Positions 27,338 through 58,031 of a stretch of DNA of 64,000 bases are shown piece after piece (positions within the stretch are counted from its first letter, which is position 1; every line of letters begins with the position of its first letter). Below the pieces are notes generated by a model that saw only the letters and a list, made by a program, of their open reading frames with translations, had not been told where the DNA came from and ran no database searches. Made by a program: the position numbers and the translations under genes. This stretch comes from the human T2T-CHM13v2.0 reference genome, Homo sapiens. The stretch lies in assembly GCF_009914755.1 (NCBI RefSeq), contig NC_060927.1; one strand, 5' to 3'.

Positions 27338-30300
27338 TGCCCTAAGCTACAGATTTGTATCCCCTGAAGAACTTCATCAAAATGTAAGCCATGAAATTTT
27401 AGACCTATAGACTTTGTTTTTAAGCATAAGAATAGATCTGAGTGCAAACCTCTCTAGTTAAGATGAAGAAATAAGCTTCAAAGGAGGGGAAGTGACTTGC
27501 TAAAGACCCAGCCAGAAAAGTGGGCCTGATTTGTATTTTTTTCTCTAATTTTGAAGTAAACAGAAGATTCTTTGATAAATTAGCAGGGCCCAGTGGTTCT
27601 TCCTCCCCCACCCCCGCCCCCCAATTTAACCTTACTATTGGGAAACTGTATATTGGCATATCGTTGAACCAATTGCAACCAAAGTTGAGGGTGGGAGCAG
27701 GTAAAGGTGGGTACCTCCTACCCCACATTCCCACAGTTCATTGCAAAGTGCCTTGGAAGAGCTTTAATAATACATTTAAAGTGAGCATCCCCAGTTGTGT
27801 GGACAATAAGCCAGGTCATTTTCTTTCAGTCAAGAGAGGTCAGCAAGGTGGTCTGGGAAAAGGAACAGGAATTTCTTGGGCCTGGAGTAATCCTATGGGA
27901 ACTTTTCTTCAAATGGGTATGACTAGAGGGTGGCCAACTTGAGAGTGGGGCCAATTCATCTTTGTGGTCTCACTCTCCACAACATGGGCTTTGCTCTGCT
28001 CTTGCATTGGGAAAATACTCCAAAAAAGTAGCCAGGGGTTGCCTGGAGGTTTGCATGCCATTGTCTCACACCCTTCTCTCCCTTCTCACTCCTGCAACCA
28101 TCCAACTGTCCAGTTCTTCTTTCTAACCATGAATGATGCTCAACGCTGATTTTCTGACATGGTCAAAGTCAAGGAACCAGGCTTCCTTTGTTTTTCTTTG
28201 GTCCCTCTGGTCTCACTTCCTTTTGTGGAGGGGCCAGTGGACATGTCGGGGGACGGTTGCAGCAACCCCACATCTATGATCTGGGCTGGCCTTAAGGTAG
28301 AGAGCAAAGCTCTGTGCTCAGAATAAGTTGGTGAAGAGTTAGGATAATCCCTCTTACCCTTCCCAATCTTCCCTGAAACCCCCAAGTATCTCCCACCAAG
28401 TTTTCAGCATGCCTGAAATTTCCAGCCAATAATAGTATCATACCTTCTGATTGTAGGACTGTATTTCTGAACGGTCCCTGTTCAGACCCAAATATTTTAT
28501 AATACAGAAAATAAAAGCCTTGGACTTGGAGACAGAAGACTTGGGTGTCAAGCCAGGGGAGAAATGGGGATAGGAAATTGAGTCACAGAGCATTCAAGAT
28601 AGACTTGGTCTCCTGGACAATTTCACCTAAGGTCTAAATTGAGCCAGTTTCCCACCACCCTGACTCACACAGGCCTTTTTCCACACTTTGTTCTCCAATC
28701 CTGAATCCCTAACCCAGATCTTCCATAAGTAGAAGACTTTTAAGAACCTATATGCTCTTGGTAGAAATGAGGGGACATAATCAATGCTATGGGCTGAGTG
28801 TTTGCCACTCAGTTTATGGTATTTGTCATAGCAGCCCGAACTGACTAAGACAGCCAGCCAAAGGTAAGACAATACATGCTAATCTTTTACTTGTGCATAT
28901 TAACACAGTGAAGCTTTCTTGTTTAATGAAATGATGCATAATAATTCATACTTATCTGGGACAGAATGATCAACAAAGCAAGTAGTTTTACATACATGAC
29001 CTTATGCACAGCCTCATAGTGTGGATGAGTCTGTTATTGGCTTCTCTACAGTTTATAGGTGAGGAAACTGAGCCTTGAGAGGCCCAAGGTCACAGTGGGA
29101 AAGAGCTTGGATTTGGAGTTTAGGTCCAGGGCTCAAATGTCATTCGACTCCACAGACAGTTTACTTTGGACATCTTTAGACCAGGTTTCCATGTTTGCAG
29201 ACCTTTTTGTCCCATCACAGGCATTTGCATAAATGAAACCTGTGAAAAGTTCAACAAAGCTTAATTCCAAACAAAAAAGATGATGTTTAGGCCGGTGGGC
29301 CCCAGACAAGTTCACAAGAAGCTCATGGGGTGAGTACCTGGTGTTGACCAGAAGATGAGATGTAGGCAAGTATAGTAAGAGAAAACAGAGGTAGAAAAAA
29401 GGCCAAAAGATGGTCTCCTGTTAACTCACTCAACCAACCACAAACATTGCCAGGCACTGAGGGAGATGGTAGGAACTGGGTTTGTGCCTTTGAGGGATTT
29501 CCACTCCAGTTGAGGCCATTGGAGTTCTGGGGCTGGCCTGAGCTTGGAGACATGCTCCGCTCAGAGATCAGCGAGGTTCTTCTCTTCTGGATTCTGTCTG
29601 AGGGAAACTGGAGGTGTAAATGCTGTAGAACCACCGTGGGTTTTTTTATGTTCCAGGAGTGGTTAGAGGTCTGCAGCTCTGTGTCCAGGACATCTCTGTT
29701 TGGAGGGAGAGATAGGCCTGCAAGAGTCCAGTTGAGATTGAGCAATGGTTTCTGTGGGTGGAGGGAGGGGAAGCCCAGGAGGTGGTGGCCAGTGGAGGTT
29801 GTGGTCAGGGACAGACAGCGTGGCTCATGGTGTGCAACTCTCTGGAAACTCCTTTTCAGCAGTGTCATCTGCCACTCCCTCTCTGACTGGGTTACCCTTC
29901 TATCTTCCTATTCATACTTCTCTTTGTGCCTCTTCCCTTGGGTTCTTGAGGAGCTAGATTAGGGGAAGACTCCTGATTAAAGACTGCCTTGGGAGCCAGT
30001 CTATTAGGGATGCCAAAACATCACTGGAAGTATAAAGAGTCAGATATGAAACGCTCCCAGGGAGATGGCTGGATGTGCTGAAAGAAATACAAGAGAAGCA
30101 TCTTGGGATGGGTAGGAATGGGATGGCATGGGGAGAGGGTGAAGTGAGCTTCTCAAGGGGCCTCAACCCCCAAACCTGCCTTCTAAGAAGGGTGGGTTCA
30201 AAGCCCAAGGTGCTTTGGTTTTGCTAAGTGGGTATGTGAGTAGGAGTCCTTTGCCTTTTTGCTCCCTGGCTCAGCCTGCCCTCTGAGTAAAAGTTGAACA

Positions 30301-32823
30301 AAATGTTAAGAATCAGTGTGAAACTGTGTTTGAAAGATTAGGCCAACTAGAAGCCCATAGGCTTAGCTCTGATACCACAAACTACCTCATTATCTCTTCC
30401 TTATGCTGTTTCTCCCATCGGTGGTGAGTAGTGGCCCCACCTGTAGGCTGGCAGGTAGGTCCATGGGAGCCCCTTCCCTTCACTGGTATGCCGCCCAGCC
30501 CTGTCCAGCAGGTGCTACTGGCCTCATTATTAAAACTAGGCCCTGGCTCTTCCCTAGACCGATAAACTCCTCCAGATCTACTGCCCCATTGGCAAATAGA
30601 TCATTGAAGTTGCATCTGGAACTGAAGGGGAAATGCCTTACAAGCTCTCTCTAGGTTGGCCAGAGGGCTACATTGGTATCTACTTTATTCAATAACAAGA
30701 TATTGAGTGTCTTCTGTGTGCAAATCCCTGCTCAAGGGACTGTAGAAGACTCTGGACTCCTCATTTTTTAAAAAAGTTGCAGCCAAATGTACCTAATGAA
30801 GGTGCATGTCAGAATCGCATGGGAAGCTTTTCCAAATCCCCACGCCAGAGCCAAATCAGGTTCACAGATTGGGCCCAGGTCTTTGTGGCATGGCAAAGTT
30901 TAGAGAGTGGCTTTTATTTATGCCCTTGGGTGTGAAGCAATGGGCCAGTGTGAGAGGCAGGGATGCGTACCATGAACTAGAAGGCAAGGTGAAGCATAGC
31001 CATCGCCACAGAGAGAGATAAGCAATCTCTCTACTACTACACCCTACTCTCTTTCTACTACTCTCTGAGAGTGTAGACTAGGAAAGAAAGGTTAATATTT
31101 ATAGAGAAGCAGCCTGGGACAAAGAAGGTAAAGTGTGCCCCAGGGCATGGCTCCCCAAGAAGCATAAATCTGAAGGATAATAACAGCTGTTGATTCTTTG
31201 CTCCCACTGAGCACACAGTGATAGAACACTGGGGTTCAAGACCAGGTTCCTGCCCTCAAGAAGCTTGCAGCCTGATGGGGCAGGGAGATAAGACATTGCA
31301 TGTGTGTAACTACAACACAAGGTTGTTTTATTTTAGAGGGGACAAGCAGAATCCCACGACAACCCAGAGAATGTTCTAATTTGCAGATTAGGGAGGGCTT
31401 CCTGGAGAAGCTGGCCTGTCAGCTAGAACATGTTCCAGGCCCAGGTGACAGCATGACAAATGCCTAGAGGTAGGGTACTGGGGAGATATGTGTCTGAAAG
31501 AAGGCCAGTGGTGTTTTGGGGTTGGATCCCAAGCTGCTGTGGGGAGGAGGCTTAGAGTGGAATAAGAATGGAAAAGTTGGCTGGCATCGGATTGTGGAGG
31601 CCTTGAAAGCCTTGCTAAAGTGTATGGACTTCATTTGTAAGTAATGAGGAGCCACTAAGGGTTTTGAAGCACCTGGTGTAAGGGCAGAGAACAGCCTGGT
31701 GGGGAAAGAGAGGAGCAGTGGGGAGATGCCAAGGAAGTGAGGCCCTGTTTCAGGGATGAAACCATGGGCATGCAATGGCAAGAATGAGTCAACTCTGAAA
31801 GCCACTAGACAGGCATAGTCATTTGGACCTGGCTGTGGGAGTTGAGGAAAAGAAAACACAGGCCTCCAAGAGGACTTGAGGTTTGGAGTGTGGGTGGGTG
31901 GGGGGAGCTACCACCATCAACCAAATAGGAGGAGGACACTTTAGGTACAAAGTGATAAATGTGAAGTCAGCTCACTATCCACCTGGGAAGGATGAGATGT
32001 CGGAGGAGTCCACCCTAGATGCCTTCACCAAGGTGGGTGTTCACCAAGGTAGGTGAGCCTTTGGAGCTGGGCTGTTGGCCCCTGGAGGGTAGCAACTGTA
32101 TCTCATTCATCTTTGTATTCTCTGAATAAATACTTAGTGCAGAAGGTAGCACTTATTAAATTCATTCCTTCAATCAAATATTTATGAGCTAAATTTTTAA
32201 GGGCCAGTTCGTGGGCTAGGACTTGAATCCAGGATACAGAACATTTCTCCAGTCTAGTTGTGGATTTTTAGAATCCAGATATCAACATGACTGCTTATCT
32301 CAGGGTATGGCGACTTTTGTCTTCCAGACAGCCTCATCCAGCAGTACCTGAGGAATACGGAGCCAGGCGCCTCCAAAGTGAATAAACCAGTAGGGACAAC
32401 CTTACAGTCAGGGAAGGGAGGCATTGTCTTGTCAGCATCGTGCAGTTATCACAATGAGCTTTAGGCCCTGTAAAGTCTCCAAGGAAGCACCTTTCCCAGA
32501 ATCCTTTCATGTCTTAGAACCTTCTGAACTAAACAGTGATTAGAAACACATGTCTAAATGAAGGAGCGTGCAAGATGAACTCAGAGTTCAAGAAATGTTT
32601 TTTTGGATGGCAGTATAAAATTCCCAGGTAGGAAGCCACTTTCCCGCAGATGAGAGGCTGGCGGGACCCACTGGTGTAATGAATGACCTTCACTGCACGC
32701 CTGCAGCGGAGGAGACGTCTCCACCCTGCTGTGTTCTGCAATGCTCCTTCCAGGCCCGCTTCTCCATGACCCCCATTCCAGTCCCTGTCCACCTGCACCT
32801 GCGCCTGCACCGCCACAGGCCCC

Positions 32824-33825
32824 TCAGTAGAAGGAGGCGCCCTCATAGGCGAAGGCACCAGGGGAGTGGGGGATCGAGGCTGGGCTGGGTGCCTGCAGCC
32901 GGCAGAACCAGAACTGCCGGAGAACATGTTTCAGGTGTGTGCGGAACTTGACCCCCACGAAGACATAGAGCACCGGGTTAAAGCAGCAGTGGGAGAAGGC
33001 GAGGTTGCGGCAGATGAGCAGGGCGTATTCTAGCTGCTGTTTGGCCTCGCAGCTCCGGATGATCTGGGTCCGAAACAGCGTCTGCAGAAACAGGGTGAAG
33101 TTGTAGGGACCCCAGCTGAGGAAGTAGGCCACCACGATGGCGAAGATGAGCTTGACCGTGCGGTGGCGCCGCTTGGAGCGTGAGCGGAACAGGGTCCTGA
33201 GGATCTCCACGTAGCAGAACAGGATAATCCCCAGGGACAGCAGGAAGAAGAGGTTGTGCTGGTAGACGGAGGTGAGGTACCACGTGAGTTCGGAATAATC
33301 ACAGCCCGAAGAAAGCACCTTGTGGAAGATGGTGTCGAGGATGGAGGACAGGATGCTGGCTACCCACACAGCCATGGTCACCAGCACCCGGCAGCGGAGG
33401 GTGGGGACGCGCAGGGTGGAGAGGGGGCTCACTACCGACAGGTAGCGGTGGATGGTCATGATGGTCAGGAAGAAGATGCTGCTGTAGAGGCTGATGGAGA
33501 AGATCATATTGAGGAGTTTGCAGAGGAAGTCTCCCAGCACCCAGCCCCAGTGGTATGGGGAGATCCACACAGGCAACAAGCAGGCGAACACCAGGTCTGA
33601 GAGGCACAGGTTGAGGATGAAGATGTTGGTGAGGGACTCCAGGCTCTCATACTTCACCAGGACCCACAGGACCAGGCTGTTGCCCACTAGGCTGAGGAGA
33701 AACACCAGGCAGTATAGGACAGTGGTGGCGAGGGTAGCAAAGACCCAGGCCTGGTTCTCACACGGCTGGCTCTGAAGGTCATAGTAAAAAAAGGTGGTGC
33801 TCTCTGGGTTGCCTGAGGACTCCAT
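32824..33825 (-). CDS. XCR1: X-C motif chemokine receptor 1 (lymphotactin receptor, class A GPCR), 333 aa, single coding exon
   Basis: Intact 7TM ORF MESSGNPESTTFFYYDLQSQPC...; GN, LSDL, HRY (in place of DRY) and HCCFNPVLY motifs; matches human XCR1 as I recall it. Confidence 0.99.
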   Translation of the reverse strand: MESSGNPESTTFFYYDLQSQPCENQAWVFATLATTVLYCLVFLLSLVGNSLVLWVLVKYESLESLTNIFILNLCLSDLVFACLLPVWISPYHWGWVLGDFLCKLLNMIFSISLYSSIFFLTIMTIHRYLSVVSPLSTLRVPTLRCRVLVTMAVWVASILSSILDTIFHKVLSSGCDYSELTWYLTSVYQHNLFFLLSLGIILFCYVEILRTLFRSRSKRRHRTVKLIFAIVVAYFLSWGPYNFTLFLQTLFRTQIIRSCEAKQQLEYALLICRNLAFSHCCFNPVLYVFVGVKFRTHLKHVLRQFWFCRLQAPSPASIPHSPGAFAYEGASFY

Positions 33826-33856
33826 CTGGACCAGATGGCAGGGACGTTTAGAGCAT

Positions 33857-33880
33857 CTGAAATGATAGAGACATGGAGTT
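33857..33880 (-). other. XCR1: Splice acceptor of the XCR1 coding exon (exon starts at 33856)
   Basis: Minus strand ctctatcatttcAG|ATGCTCTAA, 31 nt upstream of the CDS ATG. Confidence 0.75.
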
Positions 33881-33894
33881 TAAAGCCATGTGGT

Positions 33895-34205
33895 GGCTGG
33901 GTACAGTGGCTAACACCTGTAATCCTAGCACTTTGGAAAGGCCAAAGGGAGAGGATTGCTTGACCCCAGGAGTTTGAGACCATCCCAGGCAATATAGTGA
34001 CACCCCTGTCTCTACAAAAAATTTAAAAATTACCCGGGTGTGGTGGCGCATGCCTATAGTCCCAGCTACTCAGGAAACCGGGGGGTGGGGAAAGATTGCT
34101 TGAGCCCAGGAGGGCGAGACTGCAGAGAGCTGTGATCATGCCACTGCACTCCAACCTAGGTGACAGAGAAAAACCATGTTTCAAAAACAAACAAAAAACC
34201 CAAAA
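33895..34205 (+). mobile_element. AluJ in the XCR1 intron
   Basis: Diverged Alu with J-type features (gaggattgcttga). Confidence 0.9.
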
Positions 34206-34971
34206 AAGATGCCAGACTCTTAGTTAATTCTCTCCTGGATCAGAGAAAAGACCTGGAATGGGAAGGGGATTCTCTACAGAGTGTATTTTCCCCACAAGAG
34301 ATAGCTTTCCAAGACCATTTCAAAATATTCCTATCTGTCATGTTGGTATCTTATTGCTACAAAGAGTCTATTCTATCAGGCTTAAGGGCTGCTTTAATGT
34401 TAATACTGGTCAGCTGTGCTGAATTACAAAAGGAGGAGAGTATAATGAGGCATGTCTGACTACCTATTCCCATCATGGCCTGAACTAATATTTCTTTAGA
34501 ATGCCCTTCCTTGGCTGAGGAGTCCGTTCAGTTAGTTGTGAGGCTTAGAATTATATTTTTTATTTATAAAACTTAAATGCTTGTTAAGACAAACACCAAA
34601 TAACCAATCAACACTTTTCAGAAAAATGAAACAAAATCCAGAGTCTACACAACATAACAATGTTTAGGACACAATCCAAAATTACTCAGCATATAAAGAA
34701 ATAGGAAAACATGACCCATACTCAAAAGAAAAGACAATCAAGCAGCTGCCTGTGAGAGGGGCCACATGTTGGAATTTGTAAATATGTATCAAAATGTAAC
34801 TAACTATTATACCTGTTCCCAAGGAAATAAAGGAAACTATATTCATAATGAATGGAGAGATAGAAAGTCTCAGCAGAGAAAGAAAAGTTATATAAAAGAC
34901 CCAAAAGGAATTACAAATCAATAACAAGATATCAAGAAAAGCTTCAATAATTTGGAAATAATTTTAAAAAC

Positions 34972-36797
34972 ACCAGCGCGTGTGACGTCATGGCGCCGTG
35001 CGGGGTCGCGGCGGCGGCGCAGGGGGCGGGCCCGTGGCGCGGGGCCTGAGGAGGAAGTGGAGAGATTGTTGCTCCCTCTGCGCCCAGAGAGGACGCGGCT
35101 GCGTCGCGCTCCCCTGCGATCCCCTCCATGTTCCCTGGCCCCACCGCTCCCCTTCCTAAGGCTGCTGCTGTCTATGGAAGTAATGGAAGGACCCCTCAAC
35201 CTGGCTCATCAGCAGAGCAGACGAGCCGACCGTTTATTAGCTGCAGGCAAATACGAAGAGGCGATTTCTTGTCACAAAAAGGCTGCGGCATATCTTTCTG
35301 AAGCCATGAAGCTGACACAATCTGAGCAGGCTCGTCTTTCACTGGAATTGCAAAGGGATAGCCACATGAAACAGCTCCTCCTCATCCAAGAGAGATGGAA
35401 AAGGGCCCAGCGTGAGGAAAGATTGAAAGCCTAGCAGAACACAGACAAGGATGTAGCTGCCCATCTTCAGGCATCTCACAAACTCTCTGCCGAGGATGCG
35501 GAGGGCCAGAGCCCCCTTTCTCAGAAGTACAGCCCTTCTTCAGAGAAACGCCTGCTTGAGATTCAGGGGATCTTTGACAGGGATCCAGACACACTACTAT
35601 ATTTACTTCAGCAAAAGAGTGAGACAGCAGAGCCATGTATTGGAAGCAAAGCCCCAGAAGATGATAAAACAATTATAGAGGAATAGGCAACCAAAATTGC
35701 AGATTTGAAGAGACGTGTGGAATTCCTTGTGGCTGAGAATGAAAGATTAAGGAAAGAAAATAACTAAAGGCTGAAAAGGCCAGACTTCTAAAAAGGTCCA
35801 GTAGAAAAGGAGCTGGATGTAGATGCTGATTTTGTAGAAACGTCAGAATTACGGAGCTTGCCGCCACATTCAGAAACTGCTACAGCCTCCTCAACCTGGC
35901 AGAAGTTTGCAGCAAATGCCGGGAAAGCCAAGGACATTCCAATCCCCAGTCTTCCTCCCTTGGATTTTACATCTCCAGAACTTCCCCTTATGGATCTCCC
36001 TGAGAATATTCTGAAAGGATTTATGAATAATTAAAATGGAAGGCCACAGAAGAGGGGAGAAGAGGAAATAATACAGTAATAGTTAATCCAGCAAAAAAAA
36101 AAAAAAAAATGAAAAGGGAAAACCACGTAGAAGGGGCATCCTGGTCCCGGAAATGTTTCATCATCTGGTGGACTGTGGGAGAATAGGCATTGCCAGGACT
36201 TGGGAAACAGTCACTGTGAAATGCGTTGCATATCTCATTCACTGACTTGAGCTAATGATTCCAACTTGATAAACACTAAACTCATGGAGGTTCAGTTTCT
36301 GCTGATACAAACCAAATGGCTACTTGGAATAATTTTTTTCAAGCAACAGTTATTTTTCTTATCTTCAGGGTTAAAATGTATAAAATATGTTATGTGTAAT
36401 TAATCTATAATGCCATAAATGATAATGCAAAACCTAAATAATATGGTGGCCCGAGGGGCTGCCTTGTATTTGAAACATGCTTTCTATCATGTATTGACTG
36501 TATGCATTTTGTTAATGCCCATTTTGTTTAAATAAGGTGTGTAAGATACACACCTTATTTGTTAGTTGTAAGATATACACCTTAATTGTTAGTTATGCTT
36601 TTTTAAACAAATTACCAGTTTACATGATTAATCAGGGTGCATTTTAAGTTCTAATTTTGTTTATTGTATAATGCATCATTTGAAAATACCAAGGAGGAAA
36701 TATCCTTTGTTTTTAATGATGCATGAGTGGAAGTAATGCTAGTTGGCAGTATTTGATTGTAAGAAATCAATAAAGTAATTGTGTTTTATTAAAAAAA
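34972..36797 (+). pseudogene. NRBF2P2: NRBF2 processed pseudogene, antisense within the XCR1 intron and inserted into an old L1
   Basis: Intronless copy: ATG at 35174 (MEVMEGPLNLAHQQSRRADRLLAAG...), premature TAG 35432-35434, a further TAG near 35684, frameshifts near 35760-35795, parental stop 36032-36034 (..KGFMNN*), 3' UTR, AATAAA 36769, short A tail. The P2 suffix is from recalled location. Confidence 0.93.
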
Positions 36798-36799
36798 CC

Positions 36800-38055
36800 C
36801 AACTGACTTCTAGACTCTGAGTCAAAGAAGAAATCAAAAGGCAAAGTATAAAATATTTTGCATTGATAATAATGAAAATACCACATATCAGAATTCATGA
36901 AATGCAACTAAAGCAGTACTTGGAGAGAAATTTATAGCTTTAAATGCGTGTATTAGAAAGAATAAACGTCTAAAATCTAAGACTTAAATCAGTGACATAA
37001 GCTAGAAATAGAAGAGCTAATTAAAGTAGAAGGAAGGCATTAATAAAAATAAAAGCAGAAAAAATAAAATAGAAAATAAAATGAACAAGATCAAAATTGG
37101 TTGTTTGACAACATTTTAATACATTGATAAAATCAGCAAGGAGCAGTGGCTCATGCCTATAATTCCAATGCTTTGAAAGGCTGAGGCAGGAGAATCCCTT
37201 GAGGCCAGGAGTTTCAGGCTGCAGTGAGCTATAATGGCGCCACTGCATTCCAGTCTGGGTGTCAGAGCAAGACCCTGTCTCAAAAGAAATAAAGAAAGAG
37301 AGAGAGAGAGAGAGAAAGACCAAAAAATTGATGAAGCCTTATCTAGATTGATTGAGAACAAAGAGAAATATGTTACAGATCTTATAGACTTTACAAGAAT
37401 AACAAATAAATATTATGATCAATTTTATGTTAAAAAATCCAACAACTTAAATGAAATGGATGAATTTCTTTTAACATGCAGCATATCAAAACTGACATGG
37501 GATGATATGGCAAATGTGAATAGCCCTACATTTGTTATAGAAATATAATTAACTATATAAATCCTTACCACAAAGAAAACTTTAGAACTAGAGGATTTTT
37601 CTAGTGATTTTTTTAAACATTTGGGGAAGAAATAACACCAGTTTTACACAAACTATAAGAAATAGAAATAAAGGATGGAATATTTTCTAACTCCTTTTAT
37701 GAGGCCAGAATAACCCTGATACCAAAATTAGACCAACAAATTACAATAAGAGAAAACTACAGAACAATATTCCTCGTGAACATAGACAGAAAAATTCTTA
37801 ACGAAATATTGGCAGATCAAATCCAGCAATACATTTTAAAAGAATAATATAACATGACCAAGTTGAGTTTATCCCAGAAATATGAGATTGTTTTAATACA
37901 TGAAAATCAATTTAAGTCACCATATCAATAGAATAAAGAAAAAAACTATATGATCTTTTCTGATAAATGTAGAAAAGCATTTGACAAAGCTCAACACCCT
38001 TTGATGATATAAACTCTCAGCAAATTAGAAATAAAAGGGATATTGGACATCTATA
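36800..38055 (+). mobile_element. Old L1 ORF2 fragment with a partial Alu (37137-37318)
   Basis: L1 ORF2 signatures (tatgaggccagaataaccctgataccaaaa, aaaagcatttgacaaa). Confidence 0.85.
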
Positions 38056-38365
38056 AAAATCATTCATTTTTTTTGCTGGTTATTAATTCATTTACTCAAA
38101 AATTTCAGAGGCAGTCATGTTCTGGGCCTGGAAGCCTTTGGAGATAAAAAGGAAAATGATGTCAAATCTCAAACCCCTCCAAGTTACATTCAGTGAACTG
38201 GCTCCCTTTTGCTGGTTGTCTCTCTCCCTCCCCATCTCTGTGGCCCACCTCAACTCTAAGGGAGTGAATTTAGCTTTCTGGACTGTAATATAATTTAGAT
38301 TGAGAAAGACAGCTCTAAATTATACAACCACCAGTAATAACAAGGCCTTACATAAAGATATGTAG

Positions 38366-39092
<727 letters not shown>

Positions 39093-39294
39093 AGATCAGC
39101 TTTTCTGAAAAGAATGCAGATTCTTGGGAAATCCCTATACCAAAGGAATAAGAGCCTTCAGAGGTAGCTCAGGAATCAGCATATTTACTAGCCCTCCAGG
39201 TGGTTCTGATGTGCAGCAAAGCTTAAGAACTCCTGATATAGGCTGTTACAATTAGAGGAAAACATAAGTTTAAAATGTTTGTAAAGGAACTCAC

Positions 39295-39360
39295 CTGAAT
39301 CTACACCTCTTTACATGCGTCTTGAGGCAGAAATGGTGCTTCTCTGTTTCATATTTCACT
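39295..39360 (-). other. XCR1: Putative XCR1 non-coding exon 1
   Basis: Consensus donor CAG|GTGAGT (actcac 39289-39294) in a unique-sequence island between repeats, with IRF/E-box motifs adjacent; TSS approximate. Confidence 0.65.
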
Positions 39361-39380
39361 TAAAGAAACTGAAACACCTG
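39346..39380. promoter_or_regulatory. ISRE/IRF and E-box cluster at the XCR1 proximal promoter
   Basis: GAAACTGAAAC 39365-39375, CACCTG 39375-39380, and an opposite-strand AGTGAAATATGAAA. Confidence 0.6.
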
Positions 39381-39455
39381 TCCTGCCCAGAAGGCTGGAG
39401 GAGGAGGATGGGAGGAGTCTCAGAGAGAGCCAGGGGGCCAGAGGGGGACAGCTAG

Positions 39456-40175
39456 TGAGAGAGGAGGAAGGAAGAAGCCAGTCAGGCAGGCAGTTAGGGT
39501 GGATCCTTGGTGGAACTCCTTCAAACCAAGAACAGCCTGAAAATCAAGCTGCAAGCCCTGGATAAAGAAAAGAGCCTGCATGTTTGAATAGAAACGCCTA
39601 CTCCATGAATCCAGATGAACAAATTCCACTCCTTTTTTGAACATATATCCCTCTCCTTGGCACGCCTTTGTCTCATTTCACATGCTTCCTCCCGATTGGT
39701 CCTTACCTTTTACCTGTTTAACATATACCTATCTTTCTGTGATTAGCTGCTCGCCAAATTTTCATTTGCATAAAGTGTAACGTCACTTCAGCCCCTGATT
39801 GGTCCTGGGCCAAGGTCTCAGTCCAAGCTTTCACTTCAGCCCCCAATTGGTTCTTTACACTATTGTACCTCTTCCTGAGTAGTGCTTTTTCCAAGCCTAC
39901 CCATAAACCAATCAGCACGTATTTCCTCATTCTAAGCCTGTAAAAACCTGTGACTCAGACTTTTAGCTAGCAACCCTCTTTTGGGTCCCCTCTCTTTGCT
40001 GAGAGCTTTTCTGTGGCTTAATAAATCCAACTCTGCCTTCTTCACTCTCCAGTGTCTGTGTGCCTTATTTTTCTTGGTCGTGGGACAAGAACTTGGAGCT
40101 CACCAGTGGGGGGAGTAAAAGAGCTGTAACACTCCCTCCCACTCACCAAACAACAGGAGTGAAACAGCTGCAACA
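39456..40175 (+). mobile_element. ERV1 solo LTR (LTR27/LTR1-group-like)
   Basis: tgagagagg...gcaaca; near-TSD ctag/gtag; several CCAAT boxes, octamer ATTTGCAT 39764, AATAAA 40020. Confidence 0.75.
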
Positions 40176-40189
40176 GTAGGAGACAGTTT

Positions 40190-46605
<6,416 letters not shown>

Positions 46606-46607
46606 AA

Positions 46608-53945
<7,338 letters not shown>

Positions 53946-53959
53946 CAACTATTATGGCA

Positions 53960-58031
<4,072 letters not shown>

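Noticed and set aside
29323-29962. Overlapping 181-aa and 171-aa ORFs downstream of XCR1
   Set aside because: No recognisable domain or splice context; probably XCR1 long 3' UTR or intergenic sequence (a possible minus-strand ATTAAA at 28922-28927 is unverified).
34952-35173. N-terminal extension of the NRBF2-like ORF (160 aa)
   Set aside because: Starts at a TTG in flanking L1 and runs through the GC-rich 5' UTR; no ATG before 35174.
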